64,000 nt of DNA, from the NCBI GenBank assembly GCA_965219995.1, contig CBDCOX010000002.1, forward strand, positions 2,848,001 through 2,912,000, written 5' to 3'. This DNA is from Candidatus Latescibacterota bacterium. Its GTDB lineage: Bacteria > Latescibacterota > UBA2968 > GCA-2709665. Under the pieces are notes generated by a model. That model saw only the letters and a program-made list of their open reading frames with translations, searched no databases and was not told where the DNA came from. Positions 49,177 through 59,935 of this stretch are shown here, one piece after another; within the stretch, counting starts at the first letter, position 1, and each line of letters starts with the position of its first letter. The translations under genes were made by a program, and so were the position numbers.

Positions 49177-50445
49177 ATGGAGAACCGGGAAGGGATCGGA
49201 GACAACCTCGACAAGAGCACTTACATTGGGAGCGACGGCCACCATGCGTTTTACGCGTCCGGACAGACGTATACGGGTGCGACCGGAGAACGCCTCGTTG
49301 AAACGGTGACCTCCGAATGCCTCCAGTGGGTGACTCACGACGACGGACGCACAACGCTGGACGCCTGTTACGACGGCACCTGGCTCAGGATTTCGGAAGA
49401 CAACGGTTCACACTGGACGGACTGGGGACCGAGGGTAAGGTTCGACATCGGGATCGAGGAAGAGCAGCTAATGCCGGCGGGATTCAGCCTGGATGCGAAA
49501 AACGACACCCTGGTGCGGTTTTACCGGGGGCAGAAGGCCGATAAGCGTTGCTACGGGTACATCAACCAGGGCGCCTACCGGGCGTATACCAGCGTTTCCG
49601 GAGACCAGGGAGCAACCTGGAGCGATCCGGAGCAGATCGTCGCCCGGGGTGAAGGTTTTGACGCGGAACGCTGGGGACCCGGCTTCGAATACGGCGTCCG
49701 AGGCGGGATCCTCAACGGAAACCACTGCATCTGGCTCGAGGACGGGTCGGTGCTGGCGCCATTCACGGAATACGAACGGCTGGACGGTACCAGACCCTGG
49801 TGCTTCAGGGTGGTCTGCGCACGCGGATACTGGAAGGACGATATGAGCGGGCTTGACTGGGAGTTCGGGGACTTTATCGAGGTGCCGGTTGAGAAGTCCC
49901 GGATCGGATGCTGCGAGCCCTCGATCACGCCGCTGGGATCGGGTGCGCTGTTCGTCACGATGAGGTGTCAGGGGAACGAGGCCGAGGGCTCTTATACCAT
50001 ACCGTATACCGCCGTTTCGGAGGATGGCGGAATGAGCTGGACGCAGCCGGAACCGCTGCGCTACGACGACGGTTCGAACGTATGGACGCCCGCCTCGTGC
50101 ACGGCCTTTTATGATTCATCCGTGACGGGCAAGACCTACTGGATTGCCAATATCCTGGACGGCCCCGTCTTCGGCCAGATTCCTCGATATCCATTGCAGA
50201 TCGCCGAATTCGACACGGTCAATGCGTGTATCGTAAAGGACTCGGTCCGGCTCATTCAGGACAGGCCCGACGACGCGCACGAAAACGTGAGATATACCAA
50301 CTTCGGGTGGTACGAAGACAGAAGAACGGGTCGGCTGATAATCACGCTTCCGGAGCAGTATCGCCGCATGGGTTGGGACGACATGGAGAAGCCGGAGGAC
50401 TTCGCCGCGGATTGCGTGAAATACACGGTGGATATAGGCGGGTAG
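49177..50445 (+). CDS. Asp-box (BNR) sialidase-like beta-propeller protein
   Basis: SEDNGSHW, SGDQGATW, SEDGGMSW Asp-boxes, EPSI, RY. Confidence 0.78.
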   Translation: MENREGIGDNLDKSTYIGSDGHHAFYASGQTYTGATGERLVETVTSECLQWVTHDDGRTTLDACYDGTWLRISEDNGSHWTDWGPRVRFDIGIEEEQLMPAGFSLDAKNDTLVRFYRGQKADKRCYGYINQGAYRAYTSVSGDQGATWSDPEQIVARGEGFDAERWGPGFEYGVRGGILNGNHCIWLEDGSVLAPFTEYERLDGTRPWCFRVVCARGYWKDDMSGLDWEFGDFIEVPVEKSRIGCCEPSITPLGSGALFVTMRCQGNEAEGSYTIPYTAVSEDGGMSWTQPEPLRYDDGSNVWTPASCTAFYDSSVTGKTYWIANILDGPVFGQIPRYPLQIAEFDTVNACIVKDSVRLIQDRPDDAHENVRYTNFGWYEDRRTGRLIITLPEQYRRMGWDDMEKPEDFAADCVKYTVDIGG

Positions 50446-50559
50446 ACGTGAGAGGGGAGATAATCAGAAAAACCGCTCACACAAAGACACGAAGACACAA
50501 AGAAAAACAACTGCAATCAGCCGAGATCAAAAGCGAAATTCAACTTCAAAATCCCCTTT

Positions 50560-51002
50560 TCCCCAAATTCCCTGCCTCCGGCGGGTTCCTTTTGAAGCGA
50601 CCAAAAGGAACCAAAAGTCGCCGCTGGGCGCGGGGCCTGCCATATGCATAGCGCGAACCATCTCACAGGTTGCACTCAATCCTCTGCCCTGACACCCTGA
50701 GTGGAACATCGAACCGTGTCGATGGACGGATCAGCGCGCTCTGCTCTGGAAGTCCTCCGTTCAGGAGATTCCCTTGAAGATCGATTGGCGTTTTTTTGAT
50801 GAGGACAGCGGTTAGCTATCAGCTTTCAGCTTGAAGCGACGTCAAACCCGATGACGCCAGCGCCGCCACGTGGCAGGATCATTCCGGCCGCAGACCTCTC
50901 CCCCCGGCCCCCTCTCCTAAAGGAAAGGGGGAGAAAGACAGGAGACCCTGAGCGGGTCACAGTTCCCCCTTCCTTCAGGAAGGGGGAAAGGGGGTAGGTC
51001 TC
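50560..51002. repeat. Repeat cluster between convergent genes
   Basis: GGTTCCTTTTG..CAAAAGGAACC hairpin, GCTATCAGCTTTCAGC heptamer run, CCCTCTCC block duplicated from 40014-40118. Confidence 0.7.
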
Positions 51003-51049
51003 GTTCGGTGAGACGTCCGATTACGTAGCGCCATTACCGCAACGCGAAA

Positions 51050-52743
51050 TCAGGACTCCACATACCTGGAGATGAGGTCCACGGTGGCCGCATCTCCCTT
51101 TTTTTGCGCCCAGGCCAGGGGCGTGGCCATTCGGCGCCGGCCAGCGTGGGGTCGGCGCCGCGTTCCAGATAGAGCTGTGCGAGATCGTACTTGCCCCACC
51201 GGACCGCCCAGCCCAGCGGCGTGGACTGGAGGAGGTCGTCGATCACGTTCAGATCGGCGCCGTGGTCGAGGAGGATGGTGGCAAAGGCGACCCGCTCGGT
51301 CTCGGTCATAATCGGCTCTCCCCAGACGATGCCGCAGGCCGCCAGGTGATGCGCGAGCCGGTACCCGAATCGCCCCACCAGGTTGGGGCTGACGCCGTGG
51401 TCCAGAATCATGCGGAAGATCTCCGGATAGACCGTGCGGTCGAAGTCTCGGAATTTACGGTGGGGATTGGTCCGCCAGAGCCGGAGGGGCTGCTCGAGCA
51501 GGCTGAACCAGCGGCGGTCATCGGATTCCCAGTCGAGTTGCCGAAGGCACATCCCCACGATATTCGGGTCACCGCCGCATCCCGCCGCCCAGAGCAGCTT
51601 CTCCGCGATCGTCGGGTCGTTGTGGAGGGCGACCGCGCCGGCGGCGGTTTCAGCCTCGAGTCCAATGGTAATGTGATCCAGAACGCCTCCGTATCGGAAC
51701 AACAGTCCCTTCATCCGATCATCGCGGTTGTTGTACGCCGCACCCACGGGATTGGCGCTGGCATAGATGCTGGCATTGGGATCGGCGCCCCGCTCGAGCA
51801 GGAGTTCGGCGATTTCATATCGGGAGTTACCTGACGCATCGGACAGCGGCCCGCCCCACGAATACGGCTTGGATTCATAGTGGTGCAGCTGATGCCGGTC
51901 GTCCGGGTGCAGACCGAGGTCGAGCAGCATACGCACCATGTCGATATTGTCATTCTGGACCGCGATCGTCAGAAGGCCGTTGCGCTCACTGTCGTCAGCC
52001 TGAAAGCGTTCCGGATGCGCCCTGGCGAAAGCGCGGACGAATTCGAAATCCCCCAGGGCAACGGCGGATTCGATGGATTGCTCGCATCCCGCATGCAGCA
52101 GGATGCCCGTACAGATCAGACACCCCTCGTTGAGCGGCCTGTTGCGGCCGTGTATATTGTGTACGGCCCCATCCAGGGGCGACTGTCCCTCGGGTGTGAG
52201 ATGGGTGATATCGGCGCCGCGATCGAGCAGTTCGCGAACCAGCCGGTAACGGCCGTGCGACGCGGCCGCGTGGATCACACTGCCGCCGTTGCGATGACAC
52301 GCATCCAGCAGTTCGGGTTGCCGGTCCAGGATGTCGAGCGCGGCCTGCTCCCGCCCCTCCCCGACGGCCTCGAACAGCGCGTCGTTCTCGTCGGTTATCG
52401 TGATATTCTTGCACGCGGCCAGCTTGCGTTTTTCGTCTTCTTCCCTGATCACGTGGACGATGTCGTCCAGGCCGCGCTCCCGCGCCATCGTAAACGCGCC
52501 GGTGGCGTCGCGGTGGGGGTAGATGCCGGAGTTGTGGTCCGCGCCCGCTTCCATGAGAACGCGGACCGCATCGATGCGCCGGTTCATCACCGCGTAATGA
52601 ATCGCGCGGTGTTCGTTGTTTTCGGCCATGTGCACATTCACCAGATCGGGCTGCTCGCCAAGGATCTGTCTAATCCGCGACACATCGCCGCTGCCTGCCG
52701 CCTCACATAGATCTGCGACCCTGTAGGTTCCGTTGCCTGCCAT
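51050..52743 (-). CDS. Ankyrin repeat protein with a 1-nt frameshift near the 3' end
   Basis: Multiple L..GAD.N ankyrin repeats; adding one G near 51127 gives EWATPLAWAQKKGDAATVDLISRYVES* ending at 51050. Confidence 0.85.
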
Positions 52744-52848
52744 CTCTGTTCCTTTCCGGGTTTGCCCGTCATCCACTGGCGAAGCCTTCGCCGGTTGCGC
52801 AATAGCTGAAGTCGATTATCCGAAACCGCCAGCCCTGCCGCAGACAGC

Positions 52849-53406
52849 TCAAAGGCCGTACTCGAAGGTGAGTTCCCTCTTCACATCCGTTTTCTCGACG
52901 CTCCCTTTGATATCCTCCATCATTTCCAGCCATCTGTGTTCCCTGAATTTCCCGAAGTCAAAGACGAATCCGGGAAGGGCCCTGCTCTCGACGAGGCCGG
53001 CCGGCTCCTGGCCGAGCACCTCGAATTTCCCGCCTCGAAGCTGGTACCACGTTGCCGGTTTTCCGTTCTCCACGAACAACGCCTCCTGTACGCCGGAAGC
53101 TTCGTAAATCTGGCGCTTCTTTCCCAGATCCGTAAATCCGTGCTTGGATTCGATTTCAAGCACGAAATTGGGCGGCCCTTCGTAGACCTGGTGATCGTGG
53201 TTCTTCCTGCAGATTTGCCGGGGTCCGCTTCTTCGCACGATCACGCCCACGCTCGGATAAACCATCACATCCGCCTTTCCGGCATAGTTGAGCCGTACCG
53301 GAGGGAAGAGGACCACGTCCATACCTGTAGCGATCATACGGTAGTAATTGACTACGGTAAGCACGTCCGTGTGATGTCGCGATACGTTCGCGTCGGGAAT
53401 CCACAT
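52849..53406 (-). CDS. Uma2/DUF820 family endonuclease-like protein
   Basis: EGPPNFVLEI, DLGKKRQIYEASGVQE, SRALPG. Confidence 0.8.
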   Translation of the reverse strand: MWIPDANVSRHHTDVLTVVNYYRMIATGMDVVLFPPVRLNYAGKADVMVYPSVGVIVRRSGPRQICRKNHDHQVYEGPPNFVLEIESKHGFTDLGKKRQIYEASGVQEALFVENGKPATWYQLRGGKFEVLGQEPAGLVESRALPGFVFDFGKFREHRWLEMMEDIKGSVEKTDVKRELTFEYGL

Positions 53407-53457
53407 GATGATCCTCCCTCCTCGTCAATTCCGTTCGTACTCATCCCGGTTCCTTTC

Positions 53458-53721
53458 TTAACCTTGATTCGTCATTATTCGGGGACGTTAATTCGAAGTT
53501 GTGCAAGTTGATAAAGGCGATTTAACTGCTGATTTCAATGAACCTTCAGGTCACTGGACGTGAACGGAAAAAATGTCCTTCCGGACGACCTTTTCGGTCC
53601 GGTGAGGAAAGAACTGCAGGGTCACCGCCTTATGACACACGCCGCTTTGCACGGATGCTTTTTGAGTCTTTTGTGCTTTTTGTGGCCATTTTTCGGTGTT
53701 CTTTTTTCACATTGAGGTTAA
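53458..53721. mobile_element. MITE copy 2
   Basis: Same orientation and ends as 41006-41270, TTAA on both sides. Confidence 0.8.
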
Positions 53722-53747
53722 TACGTACTTAATCCGGCTGGACGCAT

Positions 53748-56141
53748 TTATTCGTGGCGAAGAGCCTCAATGGGATTGGCGCTTGAGGCTCTAAAGCATT
53801 GGAATCCGACAACCAGCAACGTGCCGAGAACAGATCCCACTGCAGTGACAACAAAGGGGAACAGGCCCGTGTCCGCGCGATAGGCGAAATCCTGCAGCCA
53901 GTCCTGCATGAGGACATAAGCAAACGGCCATGCGATGAGATTGGCGATAAGCACCAGCCTGGTGAAGTCGGCGCCCAACAGGAGCGCGATTCTGCCGAAG
54001 GATGCGCCGAAGACTCTGCGAATGCCAATCTCCTTGCGCCGGCGTTCGCCCGTGTGCGCGGCGAGACCGAGCAGGCCTATGGATGCGATAAGGAACGAGA
54101 CTGCGAATCCAACGGCAAATATGCGTTGAAAGCGTAGGTATTTTCCATAATTGACCTCCAGCCGGTCATCGAGAAACGCATACCTGAATGGACGAACCGG
54201 GATAAAGCTCTTCCAGATTTCCTCAAGGCCCTGCATGGTTTCGCCGATGTTTCCGGGTGCGAGTCGCAAGTTGACCACGCGAAAGGAACGCGGGCGCAAA
54301 ACAAAGGCATTGGCGTGAAGTTTTTCAGTCAGCCGGCGCATGTGAAAGTCTTCTACGACGCCAATGATCCAGCCTTCATTATCATGAAGTTTGAACGGTT
54401 TTCCAACGGGATTTTCAAGTCCGAGTTTCTCCACCGCTGTCTCGTTGAGAATATAGGCACGTTCGAAATCATTCTCGATGCCAACGGAGAAATTGCGCCC
54501 CGCGAGGAGACCCACGCCGATCATGGGGAACAGATCTTCGTCAATGGCGTATTGCCGTATCTCGAACGCAGCGCCCGATGGATCCAGGACCATTTCCTTC
54601 CTGCTTGTCCAGCCTTCGCCCGGGAGGCTGGCAGATGCTGTTGCCGCCAGCACATCGGGGTGTTCGAGAAAGCGCTGTTTCACTTCGTTGTAGGTTTTCC
54701 TCAGCGATCCATCGACGTCAAAGATGCGGAGCGCGAGAATGTTCTCTTTCTTGAATCCCAGGTCCTTATTCAGGACATAGTCGAGTTGGACAAATGCGAC
54801 AAGGGCGACAAAAACGAGAAAGATGGAGACGGCGAACTGGATGATCACGAAAACCTTGCGGGGAAATGATCCGGTGGACCCTGAAGCGGTTTGGCTGTGC
54901 AATGCGGCAACAGGGGAAAATCGGCTGAGGAGAAACGCTGGATAAATGCCCGAGAACAGACCGACCAGAACCGTTGCAGCCAGGAGTGCAATCGCCATGT
55001 CCGGCGCCAGAAATGCAGAGAGTGGTTCCGTCTGTCCAACGATCTGTTGCCAGTAAGGCCGCGTAATGCCCGTAAGGATGAGACACAAGGGCAACGCGAG
55101 AAAGGTGAGCAGAACAGACTCGAGCAGGAATTGGAGGGCCAATTGTCGATGACCGGCGCCGACGACCTTTCGCAACCCCACTTCTTTGGCCCGAAGGGCC
55201 GCGCGCGCGGTAGAGAGATTGACAAAGTTGATACCGGCGACGAATACGACGAGCATGCCGACGGCGGTGATGGCGCGAACCACTTTGAGATCGCCCGCGG
55301 CAATGCCCGTTCCCGGACCGCTGATGCCTTCGGGGAAATCTTCAAGGCCATGAAGACGCATACGCAAGAGCGGTTGCAGGCGATGGCTGGTTGTGTTTTC
55401 CGCGTTTTCTTCGGGTATCGCCAGCGCACGCAATTGCTGTTCGGTTCGCGCCGGATCTGCATCCGTGCGCAGACGGATGAACGTCTGCACCCACCGAAAT
55501 GAGGTGCGGAATTCCCAGTTTGACCAGGCAGTGCGAACGCCTGCCGGCAGGGTTGCGGTTACAAAGTGAGGATTGAAATGCGTGTTGCGGGGTTGCTCGT
55601 CCAGAATTCCGGTGACAATGTAATCGCCCCACTGACATTCTAGCACTTTGCCCATGGGGTCTTCCCCGTTCGGGAAGAATTCGTCAACAGCTTCTTGCGA
55701 GATCACCACACCGCCGGGCTGTTCGAGCGCTTTGCGGCGATCGCCACGCTCAAGTCTGATCCCCCAGAACTCGAGATAGTTGGGATCGGCATACCAGAAC
55801 GCACGTCGTTGGGCAAACTGGCGGTATCGCACCCACCGGTGGCCGGGACGGATGCGGCTGGCCGATTCAATTCCGGCAATGGATTCGATCATTTCGGGGG
55901 TGAGCGCAGCGTGCGTGTCGATCTGAAAATCCATCTTGTACGGCGTGGTCAATTGCCGCAATACCCGGTACGTGCGATCGGCCCCCGGGCGAAACGTATC
56001 GAAGCTGGTTTCGTGAGCGACGTAGAGCCACGTCAGGAGCATGCACGTGAGACCGACGCTCAGCCCGAAGAGGTTGGCCAGCGTATACCACCGCTGGCGG
56101 ATGATGTGCCGGCAGGCGACTGTGAGGAAGTTGCGTAGAAT
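53748..56141 (-). CDS. MacB/FtsX-type duplicated ABC permease (apparent ATT start)
   Basis: NFVNLSTARAALRAKEVGLRKVVGA, RRKEIGIRRVFGA, NPIEALRHE; family N-terminus (I)LRNFLTVACRH begins at ATT 56141. Confidence 0.9.
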   Translation of the reverse strand: MLRNFLTVACRHIIRQRWYTLANLFGLSVGLTCMLLTWLYVAHETSFDTFRPGADRTYRVLRQLTTPYKMDFQIDTHAALTPEMIESIAGIESASRIRPGHRWVRYRQFAQRRAFWYADPNYLEFWGIRLERGDRRKALEQPGGVVISQEAVDEFFPNGEDPMGKVLECQWGDYIVTGILDEQPRNTHFNPHFVTATLPAGVRTAWSNWEFRTSFRWVQTFIRLRTDADPARTEQQLRALAIPEENAENTTSHRLQPLLRMRLHGLEDFPEGISGPGTGIAAGDLKVVRAITAVGMLVVFVAGINFVNLSTARAALRAKEVGLRKVVGAGHRQLALQFLLESVLLTFLALPLCLILTGITRPYWQQIVGQTEPLSAFLAPDMAIALLAATVLVGLFSGIYPAFLLSRFSPVAALHSQTASGSTGSFPRKVFVIIQFAVSIFLVFVALVAFVQLDYVLNKDLGFKKENILALRIFDVDGSLRKTYNEVKQRFLEHPDVLAATASASLPGEGWTSRKEMVLDPSGAAFEIRQYAIDEDLFPMIGVGLLAGRNFSVGIENDFERAYILNETAVEKLGLENPVGKPFKLHDNEGWIIGVVEDFHMRRLTEKLHANAFVLRPRSFRVVNLRLAPGNIGETMQGLEEIWKSFIPVRPFRYAFLDDRLEVNYGKYLRFQRIFAVGFAVSFLIASIGLLGLAAHTGERRRKEIGIRRVFGASFGRIALLLGADFTRLVLIANLIAWPFAYVLMQDWLQDFAYRADTGLFPFVVTAVGSVLGTLLVVGFQCFRASSANPIEALRHE

Positions 56142-56144
56142 GTC

Positions 56145-58532
56145 TTATTCCTGGCTCAGGACGTCGACGGGGTTGGTACGGGCCGCGTTTCGGGCAAGAT
56201 GAGCCACCGTCCCCGCGGCGATAAGGAGGGTGATGGACAAACTCAGCAGGAACGGCCAGACCGTGAGATCGATCCGGTACGCAAAGGTGCGCAGCCAGTC
56301 CTGTGTCAACAAATAGGCTACGGGACAGGCAATAAATCCGGCAATGAGCGCCAGCATCGGGAATTCCCGGGCAACCCGAAGCATGAGATGCCCCTCGGAA
56401 GCGCCGACGACCTTGCGGATTGCGATCTCCCGTGTACGCCGCTGTGCCGCAAATGCCGCGAGTCCCGCCGTGCCCAGGCAGGCCAGGAGGATGGCGACGA
56501 TGGCAGACCGGAAGGCGAGCGCCCGTTGGCGGTGCTCATGACCGTACTTGGATTCCACGTAGTCTTCGATGAAGAAGCTCTCGAAAGGAATCGTGGGGAC
56601 CAGTTGAGACCAGATCTCCTCAATGTCTGAAAGCGCTTCCCGCTCACGATCGCGTTTGATTTTCAGATGCAGATATTTCAGGTTCGGACCCGCTGCCGAC
56701 AACACCAGCGGGACCATCGGCTCTCTCAGCGAGCGTACGTGAAAGTCCCGGAACACACCCACGACCCGCGCGGGTCGCCCATTGAGCAGGAACGCCTTTC
56801 CCACGGGCCGGGTCCAGCCGAATTTCTCCGCCGCCGTCTCGTTGATCATTACTTCGGTCACGTCGTCCCAACCGGTTGTCCGTTCGGCGTACGCCTGGGA
56901 GAAACTCCTTCCCGACAGAATCGGAATCTCATAACAATCGAGGAAATCTTCATTCGCTCGAAAAACCCGCGCTTCAAACTCTCGATCCGGCGAATCGACG
57001 GGCGACACAAACCTCCGTTTCGGCCAGCTGTGCCCCGGCAGGTCCAGGCTGGCAGCCGCCGAACTGATATCCGGGTGGTCCAGAAATCGCTGTTTGACCG
57101 TGTTATAGCGGCTGTTCAGGGGCAGTCGCTCGGCATCGGGTCCGAAGATCTTTACGACAACCACTCCTTCCCGGCGAAATCCCAGATCCCGCGTCCGCAC
57201 CAGGTCCATTTGCGAATAAACGACGAGCGTGGTCGCAATCAGGACGGTGGATGCCGCGAACTGCAGAATCACCAGGATCCTTCGCACCCAGAGATCTCTC
57301 GGAAGTCTTCCGCGCAGACCCCTGAATATTTCCACGGGCTGGTGGGCCGACATGTAAAGACCGGGATAGATTCCGGATACGAGGCCGGTGATCACGGCAA
57401 CGATGAGAATCCAGTGAATCTGTTCGACGACGTCGAAAACAAGCGGTTCGCCCATCAACGTCGAATACTGGGGCAGGAGCGCCCATGTCAATCCGATGGA
57501 TACCGGCAGCGCGGCATGGGTATACAGGAGGGATTCACACAGGAATTGGCCGATCACGTACCGGCGATGCGCGCCCACGACTTTGCGAAGGCCGGTCTCG
57601 CGGGCGCGAAGGGCCGATCTTGCGGTGGCCAGATTCATGAAATTGATGCACGCGATGATCAGGATGCTCAGACCCAGGACCGTTAACGGATAGAGGTCGC
57701 GAACGTCGCCGTACAACATCCCCGAGTCGCCCTTGAATCCCTCCAGGTCAACTTTGGAATAAAGGTGGATGCGCGGCATGGGCTGGAGCCGGTAGGTCGC
57801 GCCGCCGGAATCCGTGGGAAACCGGACGGCAAGCGCCCGCTCCACCGCCTCGATATCCGCGTCCGGTCGCAGGCGGATGAAGATCGGCGCCGCACGGATC
57901 GCCCAGTTGCCCGACGTGAAACGCGTAACACTGTCGAACTCGAAACGTGTATTGGTGGGAAGATTCTCCATGACGGCGATAACATTGAATGCCTGAACAT
58001 GGGTTTCCCGCTGTACCTCCACCGACCTGCCCACGGGATCCGCATCGCCGAACAACTTTCCTGCAAGGCTCCTCGTCAGCACGATGGACGCGTCACGGCG
58101 GGAAAGCGAGGCAGCATCGCCGTGAAGAACATCGAGCCCGAAAAATCCCAGGGCGTCGCCGTCGACGGGACAGAGCCGCTGGCGAAATATCCGGCCTTCC
58201 GCGCGAAACCAGGAGCTGATCTGGCGGTACTGGACCACGTCCTCCACCTGCGGATGGTCATTGCGCAGACTCACGGCGACCTTCGCCGGCAGCGCGCTCT
58301 GCCATCGGATCCGGCCGCGCTGGTCGATGTTCTTTCTCATCACGCGGTAGACGCGTTCTGCATGGGGACGAAAGGCGTCGTAGCTCATCTCATAGCGGAT
58401 ATACAGCATGATGAGCATGGCGCAGGTCAATCCGATCACCAGACTGGCAACGCTGATCGCGGTGTAGGTCTTGTTCCGGACCGCGTTGCGAATCGCGACT
58501 GTAAGGAAGTTGTATAGAATCGTCCGGCTCAA
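56145..58532 (-). CDS. MacB/FtsX-type duplicated ABC permease
   Basis: INFMNLATARSALRARETGLRKVVGA, RTREIAIRKVVGA, NPVDVLSQE; start is TTG 58532 (overlapping the VOC stop) or ATT 58520. Confidence 0.9.
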   Translation of the reverse strand: MSRTILYNFLTVAIRNAVRNKTYTAISVASLVIGLTCAMLIMLYIRYEMSYDAFRPHAERVYRVMRKNIDQRGRIRWQSALPAKVAVSLRNDHPQVEDVVQYRQISSWFRAEGRIFRQRLCPVDGDALGFFGLDVLHGDAASLSRRDASIVLTRSLAGKLFGDADPVGRSVEVQRETHVQAFNVIAVMENLPTNTRFEFDSVTRFTSGNWAIRAAPIFIRLRPDADIEAVERALAVRFPTDSGGATYRLQPMPRIHLYSKVDLEGFKGDSGMLYGDVRDLYPLTVLGLSILIIACINFMNLATARSALRARETGLRKVVGAHRRYVIGQFLCESLLYTHAALPVSIGLTWALLPQYSTLMGEPLVFDVVEQIHWILIVAVITGLVSGIYPGLYMSAHQPVEIFRGLRGRLPRDLWVRRILVILQFAASTVLIATTLVVYSQMDLVRTRDLGFRREGVVVVKIFGPDAERLPLNSRYNTVKQRFLDHPDISSAAASLDLPGHSWPKRRFVSPVDSPDREFEARVFRANEDFLDCYEIPILSGRSFSQAYAERTTGWDDVTEVMINETAAEKFGWTRPVGKAFLLNGRPARVVGVFRDFHVRSLREPMVPLVLSAAGPNLKYLHLKIKRDREREALSDIEEIWSQLVPTIPFESFFIEDYVESKYGHEHRQRALAFRSAIVAILLACLGTAGLAAFAAQRRTREIAIRKVVGASEGHLMLRVAREFPMLALIAGFIACPVAYLLTQDWLRTFAYRIDLTVWPFLLSLSITLLIAAGTVAHLARNAARTNPVDVLSQE

Positions 58533-58957
58533 TGCTTGGCAATCAATGCCCGTTTGCGGAGTTCCTCCGCGGTAAGATTCTCCACGCGCGTGGCAATCCA
58601 CCAGGTGATGCCCTGGCTGTCCCTGACGCCGGCGTTCCGGTCCCCGTAGAACTGGTCCGCGGGCTCCATAAGGGACTCTGCGCCAGCCTGGAGCGCGGAC
58701 GCATAGGACGCGTCGGTATCTTCCACGTACAGATACAGCGCGGCCGGCAGGGGCGGATGCCCTTCCTGAGCGGCGCCCATCATCACCACCGAATCGCCGA
58801 TCCGGACCTCCGCGTGCCTCGTGACCCCGTCCGGTCCGGGAACGCGTTCGGATTCTTCAGCCCCGAATGCGTCCTTCAGGAACGTGATCAGCGCTTCGAT
58901 ATCTTCAACGACGAGATACGGGGTGACGGTTCTGTACCCCGCGGGAGGTGACGCCAT
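58529..58957 (-). CDS. VOC family (glyoxalase/bleomycin resistance/PhnB-like) protein
   Basis: TVTPYLVV, HAEVRIGDSVVM, DQFYGDR..VRDSQG; AGGAG RBS. Confidence 0.92.
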   Translation of the reverse strand: MASPPAGYRTVTPYLVVEDIEALITFLKDAFGAEESERVPGPDGVTRHAEVRIGDSVVMMGAAQEGHPPLPAALYLYVEDTDASYASALQAGAESLMEPADQFYGDRNAGVRDSQGITWWIATRVENLTAEELRKRALIAKH

Positions 58958-58995
58958 GGTTTGTCTCCTTGTGTTACGTGACGGAACCCACGGTT

Positions 58996-59784
58996 TCAGG
59001 ATTCCCAGACGTACACTCTCTTGTGGTAGACGGTCTCGAATCCGTTGCGCTGGAGATTGCCGAGCGATGTCTTCAGCATCGCGAGGGTCTCGCTGCTCGC
59101 CAGCCGGCACCCCAGTTCCGCGGCGCGATTCAGGCGCGCCCTGATGAGGGCGTTCTGCCCGCCCTTCTTTCGGTGCGCCTCGGCGGTCCCCGCCCATCCG
59201 AGATAGGCAAAGTCGCCATCGCAGGCAAGGATGGCCGCGCTGACGGGCGCGCCGGCCTCGTACGCCATGAAATGCTCGAAACCGGACTGCTCGATACTCT
59301 CGAAGAAAAACGAACTCGGCCAGGGGTCGAAGATACGGACAACCGCATCCCTGTTCTCCTCGACCTCGCCGCGCGAAACGCGGCGCACGTCAAGAGGTGT
59401 CTGAAAGGGCGGCACGGGTTCAACGGTACGAATCAACGTGGGATACGTGGTTCCCTTGAATGGCGTGAGACGGTTGTCCTGCAGCCACCCGCTGATTTCT
59501 TCGTCCTGTGGATTCGGGCTCAGCCAGAAGAAAAACCGTTCGACCCCCGAATCCCTGAAAACGTCCAGTATTTCCAATAAATCGGACCGCGAAACCCTGC
59601 CCCCGCATCCGAAAAAATACACGCCGTTTCGGTTCGCCGATGGATATGGAGATGTTGCCGAAGGAGGATCCAGTGTGACAATGGCATGTTCATTCGGTAC
59701 CTGGATCCCTGATTCGTACGGAACGCAGTCCAATTCCCTCTGCCGGATCGCCATCAATCGTCGTGCAATCTCATCGGGTCTCAT
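58996..59784 (-). CDS. GNAT family N-acetyltransferase
   Basis: C-terminal AGTAEAHRKKGGQNALI acetyl-CoA motif and SLGNLQRNGF. Confidence 0.8.
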   Translation of the reverse strand: MRPDEIARRLMAIRQRELDCVPYESGIQVPNEHAIVTLDPPSATSPYPSANRNGVYFFGCGGRVSRSDLLEILDVFRDSGVERFFFWLSPNPQDEEISGWLQDNRLTPFKGTTYPTLIRTVEPVPPFQTPLDVRRVSRGEVEENRDAVVRIFDPWPSSFFFESIEQSGFEHFMAYEAGAPVSAAILACDGDFAYLGWAGTAEAHRKKGGQNALIRARLNRAAELGCRLASSETLAMLKTSLGNLQRNGFETVYHKRVYVWES

Positions 59785-59935
59785 GTCGGTGGTCGGAGTG
59801 ATGACGTGCGGTCTATGGTGATTCGATTCACTGTCGTTACTCGTTTTCTCGTGCCTTTCTCGTGCTTTTTGATTCTCATCCTGTCTATCCTGTCTATCCA
59901 TGTAAGATGTAAGTTCGGGTTTTGAATGAGAGAGT

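Noticed and set aside
42531-50329. DGR template/variable repeat pair
   Set aside because: Mismatches are not confined to adenines and no reverse transcriptase is in the window.
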